NCBI GenBank assembly: GCA_018064665.1 | Contig: JAGHUV010000028.1 | Span: 1,004 to 65,003 of the forward strand | DNA: 64,000 bases | Direction: 5' to 3' | Source: Candidatus Crickella caballi | Lineage (GTDB): Bacteria > Bacillota > Clostridia > Peptostreptococcales > Anaerovoracaceae | Shown here: piece by piece, positions 47,770 to 57,377 of the stretch | Numbering within the stretch: position 1 is the first letter of the stretch | How the letters are laid out: every line of letters starts with the position of its first letter | Notes under the pieces: generated by a model | The model's database searches: none | What the model was told of the DNA's origin: nothing | Seen by the model: only the letters and a program-made list of their open reading frames with translations | Made by a program: the position numbers and the translations under genes

Positions 47770-49253
47770 CCCGAAATCAAATGATCATACTTATAATTCT
47801 CGTTGCATATCTCGCTGTTAATGCAATTCTGGGAATATTTTTCAGTCGCAGACAGGAATCCTCGAGCTCACTTTCTGCAGAGAAGAACTTCTTTATCGGT
47901 GGAAGAAACATGAATGGACTTCTTCTCGCTATGACTACAATGGCAACCTATACTTCGGTAAGTTCGTTTGTATCCGGTCCGGGTGCGGCAGGTCTTACTT
48001 ACGGATATGCTCAGGCCTGGGTTGCTGCTGTTCAGGTGCCTGTAACTTTTCTTGTGCTTGGAGTGCTTGGTAACAAGCTTGCTCTAGTTTCAAGAAGAAC
48101 AGGTTCTGTAACGGTTGTGGGCTTCCTTAAGGCAAGATATAAGAGTGACGCACTGGTTATTATCACAAGTCTTCTTATGGTTGCATTCTTCATCGCACAG
48201 ATGATAGGACAGTTCACGGGCGGAGCTACACTTATAGCTTCGATTACCGGTCTCAGCCATGTCAAAGCACTTGTTATTTTTGGTCTGGTGGTTATCGCAT
48301 ATACAGCATTTGGAGGCTTTACTGCAGTAGCTGTTACGGATGCGATTCAGGGAATAATCATGTGTCTGGGAACATTTATGCTGATTTTCTTCGTTCTCAA
48401 AGCGGGCGGCGGAGTTGCTGCGATAGATGCGGGGCTTCAGAACAATCTGCCGGGAGTTTACGACAATCTGACAGCGGTATACAAACCGGGAAGTCTGATA
48501 TCTTTCTGGGTTCTCGTAGGCTTTGGAACTCTCGGTCTCCCTCAGACTGCGGTACGCTCGATGGGCTTTAGAGACACTAAGAGCCTTCACTCGGCAATGT
48601 GGATAGGTGCGCTTACATGCAGCTTTGTTATTGTAGGCATGCACCTTGCAGGAGTGTGGGCAGGGGCACTTGTCGATACAGCTGAGCTTCCGACTTCGGA
48701 CTATTTTATTCCATATATTATTCAGCAGATAATGCCTGTGGGACTTGCGGGTTTTTTTCTTGCGGCACCTATGGCTGCGGTAATGTCGACGGTAGATTCA
48801 CTGCTGATTCTTGCTGTTGCGGCAATCGTAAAGGACCTCTGGCGCAATTATGTTGTTAAAGATGATCCTGCACGAATCGAGAGGTACAACAGGAATGTTA
48901 AGAAGGTCAGCATTCTTCTGACTGTACTTCTTGGAATCTTCGTTATGCTGCTTACACTGGATCCGCCGAATATCATCTTTTTCCTCAACCTGTTTGCAAT
49001 GGGAGGACTTGAATGTACATTCTTCTGGCCTCTGGTAGGCGGTCTGTTCTGGAAGAAGGGCACAAAGCAGGCGGCTGTTGCAAGCTCGCTCGGAGCAGCG
49101 GCTGTTTATGTGTTCTGTTACTACAATATTGCGGTAGCGGGTATCAATGCGGTCGTATGGGGACTGCTCGCAGGCGGCATTTTGTACTTTGCAGTGGGAA
49201 AAGCCACGTCCGTAAAGGGAATTGATGAGGAAGTATTGGAAAAATGCTTCTGA
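47766..49253 (+). CDS. panF: Sodium/pantothenate symporter (SSS family)
   Basis: 495 aa, 13 hydrophobic helices, SSS-family pattern. 4-nt overlap with yhdT. The substrate is inferred from synteny. Confidence 0.75.
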   Translation: MTRNQMIILIILVAYLAVNAILGIFFSRRQESSSSLSAEKNFFIGGRNMNGLLLAMTTMATYTSVSSFVSGPGAAGLTYGYAQAWVAAVQVPVTFLVLGVLGNKLALVSRRTGSVTVVGFLKARYKSDALVIITSLLMVAFFIAQMIGQFTGGATLIASITGLSHVKALVIFGLVVIAYTAFGGFTAVAVTDAIQGIIMCLGTFMLIFFVLKAGGGVAAIDAGLQNNLPGVYDNLTAVYKPGSLISFWVLVGFGTLGLPQTAVRSMGFRDTKSLHSAMWIGALTCSFVIVGMHLAGVWAGALVDTAELPTSDYFIPYIIQQIMPVGLAGFFLAAPMAAVMSTVDSLLILAVAAIVKDLWRNYVVKDDPARIERYNRNVKKVSILLTVLLGIFVMLLTLDPPNIIFFLNLFAMGGLECTFFWPLVGGLFWKKGTKQAAVASSLGAAAVYVFCYYNIAVAGINAVVWGLLAGGILYFAVGKATSVKGIDEEVLEKCF

Positions 49254-49345
49254 TTCTTATTGCATAAAGTACATGTGAAAATATATAATTAAAACAATAG
49301 TTAAAAAATAAACATGCGGTTTATTTATTAAGAAAGGAGAACTAT

Positions 49346-52033
49346 ATGGCTTTTAGAAAATCCATTATGAAAATGGTAACCAAGGTAAGCGTTGAATCAG
49401 GTACTTATCTTGGAATCAAGCCGACTGACTCTGAATACATGATCTGTGATCCTATCGTTACTGATGAGATGGCAGAGGTATTTATGGGACTCAAGCTCCG
49501 TACACCTCGTACTGCTGAAGAGGTAGCTAAGAGAGTTAAGAAACCTGTAGATTATTGCACTGAGCAGTTGGAAGAGCTTGTTAGAGTAGGTATCGTTCGT
49601 ACAGACATCGAAAACGGTGTTATAAGATACTTCTTCCCTATCTGGGTACCTGGCATCATGGAAGGTATTCTTGCAAACGAGGAGCAGTGCAACAAGTATC
49701 CTGTACTCGGAGAATGCTTCGAAAGATACACAAGAGAGAGAACAGCTGCTCTGGCACCTAACCTTCCTGTAGGACAGGGCCTCATGAGAATCATGCCTGT
49801 TGAGGAGGCAATTCAGAACAGCGAAAGAGTTGCTTCGTTTGATGAGCTCAGCTATCTTATCGAGAAGGCTGAATACATTTCAGTTGGTGCCTGCTCATGC
49901 CGTCGTTCCCGTCGTCTTATCGGAGAGGGCTGCGGACACCTTGAGAAGGACATGTGCATGTACCTGAACAGAAGTGCCAAGTCAATGTCAGATGCAGGAC
50001 ATCACAGACTCATTACTAAGGAAGAGGCATACGAGATCCTCAAGAGAGCTGAGGACAATGGTCTCACCCACGAAATCAATAACGTTGAGAAAGCGGGCGA
50101 TGCCGAGGCTATCTGCAACTGCTGCGGATGCTCATGCTACTCGCTTAGAATAGCAGAATACTTCAAGTGTCCTGACCTTATCAGATCAAACTACGTATCT
50201 CAGGTTGATGCTGATAAGTGCGTAGCCTGCGGACAGTGCGTTGAGAACTGCCAGGTAAATGCTCTTCGTCTTGGACAGAAGCTCTGTACAGTTAATCCGC
50301 TTCCTGAGGCACCTAAGGAAGCAATGCCACAGGATACACCTTGGATGTTCAGCTCAAAGAACTGGGCTCTGGACTACAGAACAGCTCGTAAGGAGGTCGT
50401 TGACACAGGTTCAGCTCCTTGCAAGATGTCCTGCCCGGCTCATCTGCCTGTACAGGGATACATCAAGCTCGCAGCACAGGGCAAGTATGGTGAAGCTCTT
50501 GAGCTCATCAAGAAGAATAATCCGTTCCCTGCTATCTGCGGTCGTGTATGTAACAGACGTTGTGAGGACGCTTGCTCAAGAGGAAGCCTTGACGAGCCTA
50601 TCGCAATCGACGAGATCAAGAAGTTTATCGCTGAGCAGGATATGAAGGCTGAGCACAGATATGTTCCGCCAATGATCAACCAGACAGGTCAGCCATATCC
50701 TGAGAAGATCGCTATCATCGGTTCAGGTCCTGCAGGACTCACTTGCGCTTACTATCTGGCTTGCAAGGGATACACTCCTACAGTATTTGAGAAGGAGGAT
50801 ATCCTCGGTGGTATGATGACTCTCGGTATTCCTAACTTCCGTCTTGAGAAGGATGTAGTAAAATCAGAAATCGACGTTCTGAAGGAGCTCGGAGTTGAGT
50901 TCAAGACAGGCGTTGAGGTTGGTAAGGACGTTACTATTGCAGAACTCAAGGAGCAGGGCTACAAGGGATTCTACGTAGCAATCGGTCTGCAGGGCACTCG
51001 TAAGCTCGGAATCGAGGGCGAGGATGCTGAAGGCGTTATGTCCGGACTCGAGTTCGTTAAGAGCGTAAACAGAGGCGAGAAGGTTAAGCTCGACGGCAAG
51101 GTTGTTGTTATCGGTGGCGGAAACATCGCAGCTGATATCGCAAGAACTGCAGTAAGATGCGGAGCTAAGAGCGTAGATATGTACTGCCTCGAGAATTACG
51201 ATAGCATGCCTATGGGCGTTGAGGATCGTGATGAGTGCGAAGCTGAAGGAATCAAGATCCACGGATCATGGGGTCCATCAGAAATCGTTGTTAAGGATAA
51301 CAAGGCTGTTGGCGTTAAGTTCAAGGAGTGCTATGCACTTACAGACGGAACAGGCAAGTTCAACCCTGCATTCAAGGAAGAGAATACATGCGTAGCTGAT
51401 GCTGACTTCATCATGGTTTGCGTAGGACAGTGCTCAGACATGGGTAATGTTCTTGAAGGAACAAACTGCGTTGTTGGTAAGGGCAACCTCGTAGAGGCTG
51501 ACGGCTTCACATGGCAGACTGCAGATCCTGACGTATTTGCAGGTGGAGATATCGTAACAGGAATGAAGTTCTGTATCGATGCTATCGCAGAAGGTAAGGA
51601 AGCAGCAATCTCACTCCACAGACACGTTCATGAAGGACAGAACCTGTACTACGGACGTCCAACAGGCGATTACAAGCCACTTGATCTGGACAATGCCGAT
51701 CTCAGCTCATATGACAGAGCACCACGTCAGAAGCCTGGTGTAAAGAAGGGCAAGAGCACATCGACAATGAAGGATCTCAGAGAAGTCTTCACAGAAGCTC
51801 AGATCCAGAAGGAGACAGATCGTTGTCTCGGCTGCGGAGCAACTGTTGTTGATACCAACATGTGCGTAGGATGCGGAATCTGCACAACAAAGTGCAAGTT
51901 CGATGCTATCTCACTCAAGAAGGTTCACAACGAAGGATCACTCGGATACGAGAAGATCATTCCTGGCATCATGGGTAAGACTCTTGCTAAGAGAGCCGGA
52001 AACATTGTTGTTAAGCCATTTAAGAAGGCTTAA
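49346..52033 (+). CDS. Multidomain Fe-S flavoprotein: Cys-rich N-terminal domain + ferredoxin clusters + GltD-like NAD(P)H/FAD oxidoreductase + C-terminal ferredoxin
   Basis: CSCRRSRRLIGEGCGH, CNCCGCSC, CVACGQCVENC, CGRVCNRRCEDAC, dinucleotide motifs IIGSGPAGLTCAYYL and VVVIGGGNIAAD, C-terminal CLGCG..CVGCGICTTKC. 895 aa. Confidence 0.8.
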   Translation: MAFRKSIMKMVTKVSVESGTYLGIKPTDSEYMICDPIVTDEMAEVFMGLKLRTPRTAEEVAKRVKKPVDYCTEQLEELVRVGIVRTDIENGVIRYFFPIWVPGIMEGILANEEQCNKYPVLGECFERYTRERTAALAPNLPVGQGLMRIMPVEEAIQNSERVASFDELSYLIEKAEYISVGACSCRRSRRLIGEGCGHLEKDMCMYLNRSAKSMSDAGHHRLITKEEAYEILKRAEDNGLTHEINNVEKAGDAEAICNCCGCSCYSLRIAEYFKCPDLIRSNYVSQVDADKCVACGQCVENCQVNALRLGQKLCTVNPLPEAPKEAMPQDTPWMFSSKNWALDYRTARKEVVDTGSAPCKMSCPAHLPVQGYIKLAAQGKYGEALELIKKNNPFPAICGRVCNRRCEDACSRGSLDEPIAIDEIKKFIAEQDMKAEHRYVPPMINQTGQPYPEKIAIIGSGPAGLTCAYYLACKGYTPTVFEKEDILGGMMTLGIPNFRLEKDVVKSEIDVLKELGVEFKTGVEVGKDVTIAELKEQGYKGFYVAIGLQGTRKLGIEGEDAEGVMSGLEFVKSVNRGEKVKLDGKVVVIGGGNIAADIARTAVRCGAKSVDMYCLENYDSMPMGVEDRDECEAEGIKIHGSWGPSEIVVKDNKAVGVKFKECYALTDGTGKFNPAFKEENTCVADADFIMVCVGQCSDMGNVLEGTNCVVGKGNLVEADGFTWQTADPDVFAGGDIVTGMKFCIDAIAEGKEAAISLHRHVHEGQNLYYGRPTGDYKPLDLDNADLSSYDRAPRQKPGVKKGKSTSTMKDLREVFTEAQIQKETDRCLGCGATVVDTNMCVGCGICTTKCKFDAISLKKVHNEGSLGYEKIIPGIMGKTLAKRAGNIVVKPFKKA

Positions 52034-52113
52034 CTCACGCAAGTTCTGGTGGGGACAGAGGGTCGATCCGTCTGTCCCCATTTTCTTGGATTCCATATCA
52101 GGAGAAAAATATT

Positions 52114-52461
52114 ATGCATGAAATGGGAGTAGTGATGGCTGCGTGTGATCAGATTATTGCTTTCGCAGAAGAAAACAATATCAGTGAAATCGCAGAGATC
52201 GTTTTCGCAATAGGCGAGGGCAGTGGAGTCTTCGAGCCTTATGTAAGAAAGGTTTATCCTGCTGTTGTCAAGGATACTATGCTTGAGAAAACAGAGCTCG
52301 TTATAGAGACTGTTCCGGGGATGGCGGAGTGTCTCGATTGCTTTGAGATATACAACGTCCTTGAAAATGAGGGCAAATGTCCGGAGTGCGGCAGCAAGAT
52401 GAAAGAAATTCTTTCAGGAACTGAATTTGCGATCAAGGAGATTCACGTTCCGGAGGACTAA
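52114..52461 (+). CDS. hypA: HypA/HybF-type nickel metallochaperone homologue
   Basis: N-terminal MHE nickel-site motif and zinc site CLDC-x13-CPEC. 115 aa. Confidence 0.8.
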   Translation: MHEMGVVMAACDQIIAFAEENNISEIAEIVFAIGEGSGVFEPYVRKVYPAVVKDTMLEKTELVIETVPGMAECLDCFEIYNVLENEGKCPECGSKMKEILSGTEFAIKEIHVPED

Positions 52462-52500
52462 AATTAAGCGACGAATAGTCGTATGAATAATGAGGGTATT

Positions 52501-53718
52501 ATGAAAAAAAGATGGTTGTATCTGGGAATATCAACTCTGGCGCTGTTATTCCTGGGATTGATATATGCATGGTCGATTTTTAAGGCGCCATTCAGTGAAC
52601 TTTTCACAACATGGACAGTAGGTCAGCTTTCCATGACATTTACAATTTCGATGATTTGCTTCTGCCTCGGCGGTTTTGTAGGCGGACTTACAAGTAAGAA
52701 ACTCAGTCTCAAGCTCAGACTGTTTATCTCTGCAGTTGCTCTGTTTGTAGGATTCTTCGGAGTATCTCTTCTTAACACTGCTGATGCAGCAGGAAGCCTG
52801 ACAAAGCTTTACATCTTCTACGGTGTACTCGGAGGCGGAGGAGTAGGATACGCATACAATGCTATTATCGGAGCCATTACAAAGTGGTTTCCTGACAAGG
52901 TTGGTCTTGCTTCGGGTATTCTGCTCATGGGGTTCGGATTCGGCGGACTTATTCTTGGAAGTATTGTAAATGCCATGATCGGAAACATGGGAATTTTCCC
53001 TGTTTTCAGAATTCTGGGTATTGCGATTGCAGTTGTTATGGTACTGTGCGCAATTTTCGTCAGACTTCCGGGTGAGGGAGACATCCTTCCGGTTGCTTCC
53101 AAAGCAGCTAAAGCAGGCGATGACGCAGTTGAGGTTAAGAGCTATACTGCAGGAGAGATGATGAAGACTGCTACTTTCTGGCTGTTCGTTCTGTGGATCG
53201 TTCTCATGAACTCCGCAGGTCTGCTGGTTATTAACAGTGCAGCAAGCATTTCCATCGCTTTCGGTGGTTCGGCAGCTCTCGGAATGATTATTTCTCTGTT
53301 CAACGGAGCGGGTCGTATCTTTACAGGTACTATGTTTGATGCCAAGGGCAGAAAGCCTATTTCATACATAAACAATATTTTCCTGCTTCTCTCCGGTGCG
53401 CTCATGGCAGTAGGCGGAATTACAAATTCCCTTATTCCTGTAGTTATCGGATTGATTCTGATGGGAATGTGCTACGGTGGAAATCCTACAATCACATCGG
53501 CATACATTAATGCAGCATACGGACCTAAGAACTTTGCAACCAATTTCAGTATTGCAAACTTCAGCCTTATTCCTGCTTCACTGATCGGACCTACAGTTTC
53601 GTCCAAGCTCCTTGAAGCATCCGGCGGAAGCTACCAGACAAATTTCTATGCAATACTCGCATTTGGAGCTGCAGCTCTGGTCTTCAATGTAATTTTGAAT
53701 AAGGTCAGCAAGGAGTAA
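52501..53718 (+). CDS. MFS transporter, oxalate/formate antiporter (OFA)-like
   Basis: 12 hydrophobic helices, N-terminus KRWLYLGISTLALLFLGLIYAWSIF typical of OFA-family proteins. ORF track start 52483. Confidence 0.75.
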   Translation: MKKRWLYLGISTLALLFLGLIYAWSIFKAPFSELFTTWTVGQLSMTFTISMICFCLGGFVGGLTSKKLSLKLRLFISAVALFVGFFGVSLLNTADAAGSLTKLYIFYGVLGGGGVGYAYNAIIGAITKWFPDKVGLASGILLMGFGFGGLILGSIVNAMIGNMGIFPVFRILGIAIAVVMVLCAIFVRLPGEGDILPVASKAAKAGDDAVEVKSYTAGEMMKTATFWLFVLWIVLMNSAGLLVINSAASISIAFGGSAALGMIISLFNGAGRIFTGTMFDAKGRKPISYINNIFLLLSGALMAVGGITNSLIPVVIGLILMGMCYGGNPTITSAYINAAYGPKNFATNFSIANFSLIPASLIGPTVSSKLLEASGGSYQTNFYAILAFGAAALVFNVILNKVSKE

Positions 53719-53751
53719 TAATTACGCTGTTTGACTGATAAAGACATGTAA

Positions 53752-53794
53752 CGAGTGTTTGTCCGCGGATTGCGGACAGACACTCGCTTTTTTT
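53752..53794 (+). terminator. Rho-independent terminator
   Basis: 15-bp stem CGAGTGTTTGTCCGC/GCGGACAGACACTCG, 5-nt loop, T7 run. Confidence 0.9.
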
Positions 53795-53824
53795 CTTAAA
53801 TATTGTGGTTTTTCAACAAAAAGA

Positions 53825-53853
53825 TTGGAATTTGTCCGCGTATAGTGTACAAT
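53825..53853 (+). promoter_or_regulatory. Candidate promoter of the liv-type operon
   Basis: TTGGAA 53825-53830, 17-nt spacer, TACAAT 53848-53853. Confidence 0.55.
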
Positions 53854-53896
53854 TTCTTCAGTTATAATAAACAAACATTAACTAGGAGGAAATAAA

Positions 53897-55081
53897 ATGA
53901 AAAAAGTATTAGCTTTAATGGTGACATTAGCAATGGTACTTGTTTTCTGCGTAGGTTGCGGCGGCGGTTCAACAGCTGCATGGGATCCTGAAGGCGACAC
54001 TGTTACTATCGGTGTATTTGAGCCGGCATCAGGAGACAACGGAGCAGGCGGAAAGCAGGAGACACTTGGTGTTCAGTATGCAAACAAGGTACAGCCTACT
54101 GTTGAGATCAACGGTAAGGAGTACAATGTTAAGCTCGAGATCGTAGATAACGAGTCAGATAACTCCAAGGCAGTTACAGCAGTTCAGAACCTCATCTCCA
54201 AGAACGTTTCCATCGTTCTCGGATCATATGGTTCATCCGTATCTATCGCAGCAGCAGATGCACTTGCTGAGGCAAACATGCCTGCAGTAGGTATCACTTG
54301 CACTAACCCACAGGTTACTGCAGACTGCGAGCAGTACTTCAGAATCTGCTTCCTGGATCCATTCCAGGGTACAGTTCTTGCTAACTACGCTTGGGAAAAC
54401 GGAATGAAGAAGGCATACTGCCTCTCCAAGCTCGGTGATGACTATTCAGCAGGACTTGTTAACTACTTCAAAGAAGCGTTCACAGCACTCGGTGGCGAGG
54501 TTGTTGAAGAGCAGTTCCCGGACAAGAACACTGACTTCACATCCTATGTTGCTAACGCTAAGAAGTCCGGTTGCGACGTATTCTTCAGCCCTGTATCAAT
54601 CGAGGCTGCTGTAAATATCGTAGACCAGGCTCAGGCTCAGGACCTCGGAATGCCAATTCTCGCAGGAGACACTTGGGACTCCAACATGGTTACAGCTGCA
54701 GCAAAGGGAACTAACGTAGAAGTAATCGTTACTACATTCTATCAGGAAGGTGGTAACCCTGATTTCGATAACGGCATCAAGTCTTGGATGGAAGAGGATT
54801 CAGATGCTCTGACAAACAACGGTGGAAACACTGACCTGGCTGCTGTTACAGCAATGGGTTACGATGCATACTTCGTTGCTCTTGAGGCATTCAAGGCAGC
54901 AGGAACAGCTGATCCTTCAGCAGTTCTCGCAGCACTTCCTTCACTCGAGGTTAACGGACTCGTTTGCGGAGACGTTACATTCAACGAGACAGGTGATGCT
55001 AACAAGACTGAGGCATTCGTTAAGAAGTGCAACAACGAAAAGGGCGCTTGGGAGTTCCTGAAGAAGCAGGCTGCTAAGTAA
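53897..55081 (+). CDS. ABC transporter substrate-binding lipoprotein (LivJ/branched-chain amino acid type, type I PBP)
   Basis: Lipobox LVFCVGC-GG. VTIGVFEPASG and YGSSVSIAAA patterns typical of the Leu/Ile/Val-binding family. Confidence 0.85.
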   Translation: MKKVLALMVTLAMVLVFCVGCGGGSTAAWDPEGDTVTIGVFEPASGDNGAGGKQETLGVQYANKVQPTVEINGKEYNVKLEIVDNESDNSKAVTAVQNLISKNVSIVLGSYGSSVSIAAADALAEANMPAVGITCTNPQVTADCEQYFRICFLDPFQGTVLANYAWENGMKKAYCLSKLGDDYSAGLVNYFKEAFTALGGEVVEEQFPDKNTDFTSYVANAKKSGCDVFFSPVSIEAAVNIVDQAQAQDLGMPILAGDTWDSNMVTAAAKGTNVEVIVTTFYQEGGNPDFDNGIKSWMEEDSDALTNNGGNTDLAAVTAMGYDAYFVALEAFKAAGTADPSAVLAALPSLEVNGLVCGDVTFNETGDANKTEAFVKKCNNEKGAWEFLKKQAAK

Positions 55082-55177
55082 TAGCAACACTGATAAGATT
55101 AAGAAACATCTTTCAATGTGACAAAAGAATAGCGGGAGGCCGTAGCGGCTTCCCGCATTTCTTGAAAGGGAATATCA

Positions 55178-56062
55178 ATGGGAATTTTACAAACATGGTT
55201 ACCGTACATACTTGCGGGTATCGCAGTTGGCGGACAGTATGCGTTAATAGCTATTGGATACACGATGGTATACGGTATCCTGAGACTTATTAACTTCGCA
55301 CATGGTGATGTGTTCATGTGGTCGGGACTTCTTATGATATATCTGATCACAGTACTCCCTCTTTGGCTTGCGATTATTATCGTTATTGCTTTCGCCATTG
55401 TTCTGGGAACAACAATTGAAAAAGTGGCCTACAGGCCATTAAGATCTGCACCTCGTATGTCAATCATGATTTCTGCAATCGGAGTTTCTTACTTCCTGCA
55501 GAATATCGCTCTGTATGTAACAGGCGGTCTGACCAAGACATACCCAAATATCGGATTCCTGCAGAAAACTGTCAAGATCGGTTCAGCAACCACCAAGATG
55601 GTTACGCTTATCACTCCTATTCTGACAATTGTTCTGGTTGTCCTGCTCGTTCTTCTTATAAAGAAGACCAAAATCGGCATGGCAATGCGTGCAGTATCTC
55701 GTGACTTCGAAACATCTTCCCTCATGGGAATTGATATTAACAGAGTAATTACAGTTACATTTGTTATCGGATGCGGACTTGCTGCAATCGGATCTGTACT
55801 GTACTTCTCAAACTATACAGGCATCAACCCTATGTCAGGTGCAATGCCTGGACTTAAAGCATTCGTAGCCGCTGTATTCGGTGGAATCGGTTCAGTACCG
55901 GGCGCTGTAGTAGGTGCCTTTGTAATCGGTATCTGCGAGAACCTCATTAAGGGCGCAGGCTGGACAACATTCTCCGATGCATTCACATTTGTTCTGCTCA
56001 TCATCATCCTGATGGTTAAGCCAACAGGACTCTTCGGTGAGAAGAATATTGATAAGGTATAG
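55178..56062 (+). CDS. livH: Branched-chain amino acid ABC transporter permease (LivH type)
   Basis: GYTMVYGILRLINFAHGD signature, 294 aa. Confidence 0.9.
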   Translation: MGILQTWLPYILAGIAVGGQYALIAIGYTMVYGILRLINFAHGDVFMWSGLLMIYLITVLPLWLAIIIVIAFAIVLGTTIEKVAYRPLRSAPRMSIMISAIGVSYFLQNIALYVTGGLTKTYPNIGFLQKTVKIGSATTKMVTLITPILTIVLVVLLVLLIKKTKIGMAMRAVSRDFETSSLMGIDINRVITVTFVIGCGLAAIGSVLYFSNYTGINPMSGAMPGLKAFVAAVFGGIGSVPGAVVGAFVIGICENLIKGAGWTTFSDAFTFVLLIIILMVKPTGLFGEKNIDKV

Positions 56063-56075
56063 AGAGGAGGACGTT

Positions 56076-57377
56076 ATGAACAACAATATTACATTGAAGA
56101 AACAGACCAAAACGATCCTCTCAATCGCTGCTATCGCAGCGATACTCGTGCTCGTTTACCTTACTGATGATATGGGCGGCAATCCAATGCTGATTACAGT
56201 AATCGAAAAGGGTGCTGTTTATGCACTCGTTGCCGCATCGATGAACCTGCTTAACGGTTTTACCGGACTGTTCTCACTCGGACAGGCGGGTTTCATGCTC
56301 ATCGGTGCATACTCATATGCAATATTTACTATTCCTAAGAACTCACATGCAGCTGTATACCAGTACTTTGACGGTGGTGCTATTCAGTGGTCAATCGTTG
56401 AGATTCTGGAATCCAAGATGGGAATTTTCGGACACTATCTCGGAATGTTAATTCCGATGATCTTTGCCGGACTGTTTGTTGCACTGATTGCATATCTTAT
56501 CGGTATTCCTGTACTCAGACTTAAGTCGGACTACCTCGCAATTGCAACACTCGGTTTTGCCGAGATTCTGAGAGCGTTCTTCCAGTGGAACACACTCGGT
56601 CCTATCACAAATGCATCAAACGTACTGCGTAAGTATACAGTATACAACAATGCGGTTTTCCCAGTTATTATTGCGGGACTCTGCATAGCATTCATCGTTC
56701 TGTTGATTAACTCAACCTATGGTCGTGCATTCCGTGCGATCAGAGATGACGAAATCGCAGCAGAGGCAATGGGTGTTAACCTGTTCAAGCATAAGGAACT
56801 TGCTTTCGTAATTTCCTCATTCTTCGCAGGAATCGGTGGAGCACTTCTGGCAATGTTCCAGACAACTATCAATGCAACACCTTTCGCAACAACAATGACT
56901 TATGAGATTCTGCTGATGGTAGTAATCGGCGGTATCGGTTCAATAACAGGATCTGTTATTGCGGCATTCCTGTTCACAGCTTGCTCAGAGTGGTGGCTCA
57001 GAGGACTTGACTCGGGTACATGGCTGGGAATTACATCCCCACTGTTCCGTGCAGGCTTCCGTAAGGTAGTATTCGCTGTTATCATCATGCTTATCGTACT
57101 CTTTGCAGCACAGGGCATTATGGGAACAAAGGAATTCAGCTGGGACGGATTTATCAACTGGTTCAGAAACCTTCCTGCTAACTTAAAGGCATGGCCTGAA
57201 AAGCACAAGGCTAAGAGCGAAGCTAAGAAGAATGAAAAGGCTGCAGTTAAGGCTGCTAAGATCAAGGCCAAGGAAGACAAGAAGAATTCAGAGGCTAAGA
57301 GAGCAAGCGGCGAGAAACTGTTCACACCTCTTGAAACATTCGACCACGTTGTAGTATTTGATAAGGAGGGCAAATAA
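56076..57377 (+). CDS. livM: Branched-chain amino acid ABC transporter permease (LivM type) with Lys-rich C-terminal tail
   Basis: GFTGLFSLGQAGFMLIGAY signature. GGAGGA RBS before ATG 56076. The last ~80 aa are a charged KAKSEAKKNEKAAVKAAKIKAKEDKK segment. Confidence 0.88.
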   Translation: MNNNITLKKQTKTILSIAAIAAILVLVYLTDDMGGNPMLITVIEKGAVYALVAASMNLLNGFTGLFSLGQAGFMLIGAYSYAIFTIPKNSHAAVYQYFDGGAIQWSIVEILESKMGIFGHYLGMLIPMIFAGLFVALIAYLIGIPVLRLKSDYLAIATLGFAEILRAFFQWNTLGPITNASNVLRKYTVYNNAVFPVIIAGLCIAFIVLLINSTYGRAFRAIRDDEIAAEAMGVNLFKHKELAFVISSFFAGIGGALLAMFQTTINATPFATTMTYEILLMVVIGGIGSITGSVIAAFLFTACSEWWLRGLDSGTWLGITSPLFRAGFRKVVFAVIIMLIVLFAAQGIMGTKEFSWDGFINWFRNLPANLKAWPEKHKAKSEAKKNEKAAVKAAKIKAKEDKKNSEAKRASGEKLFTPLETFDHVVVFDKEGK

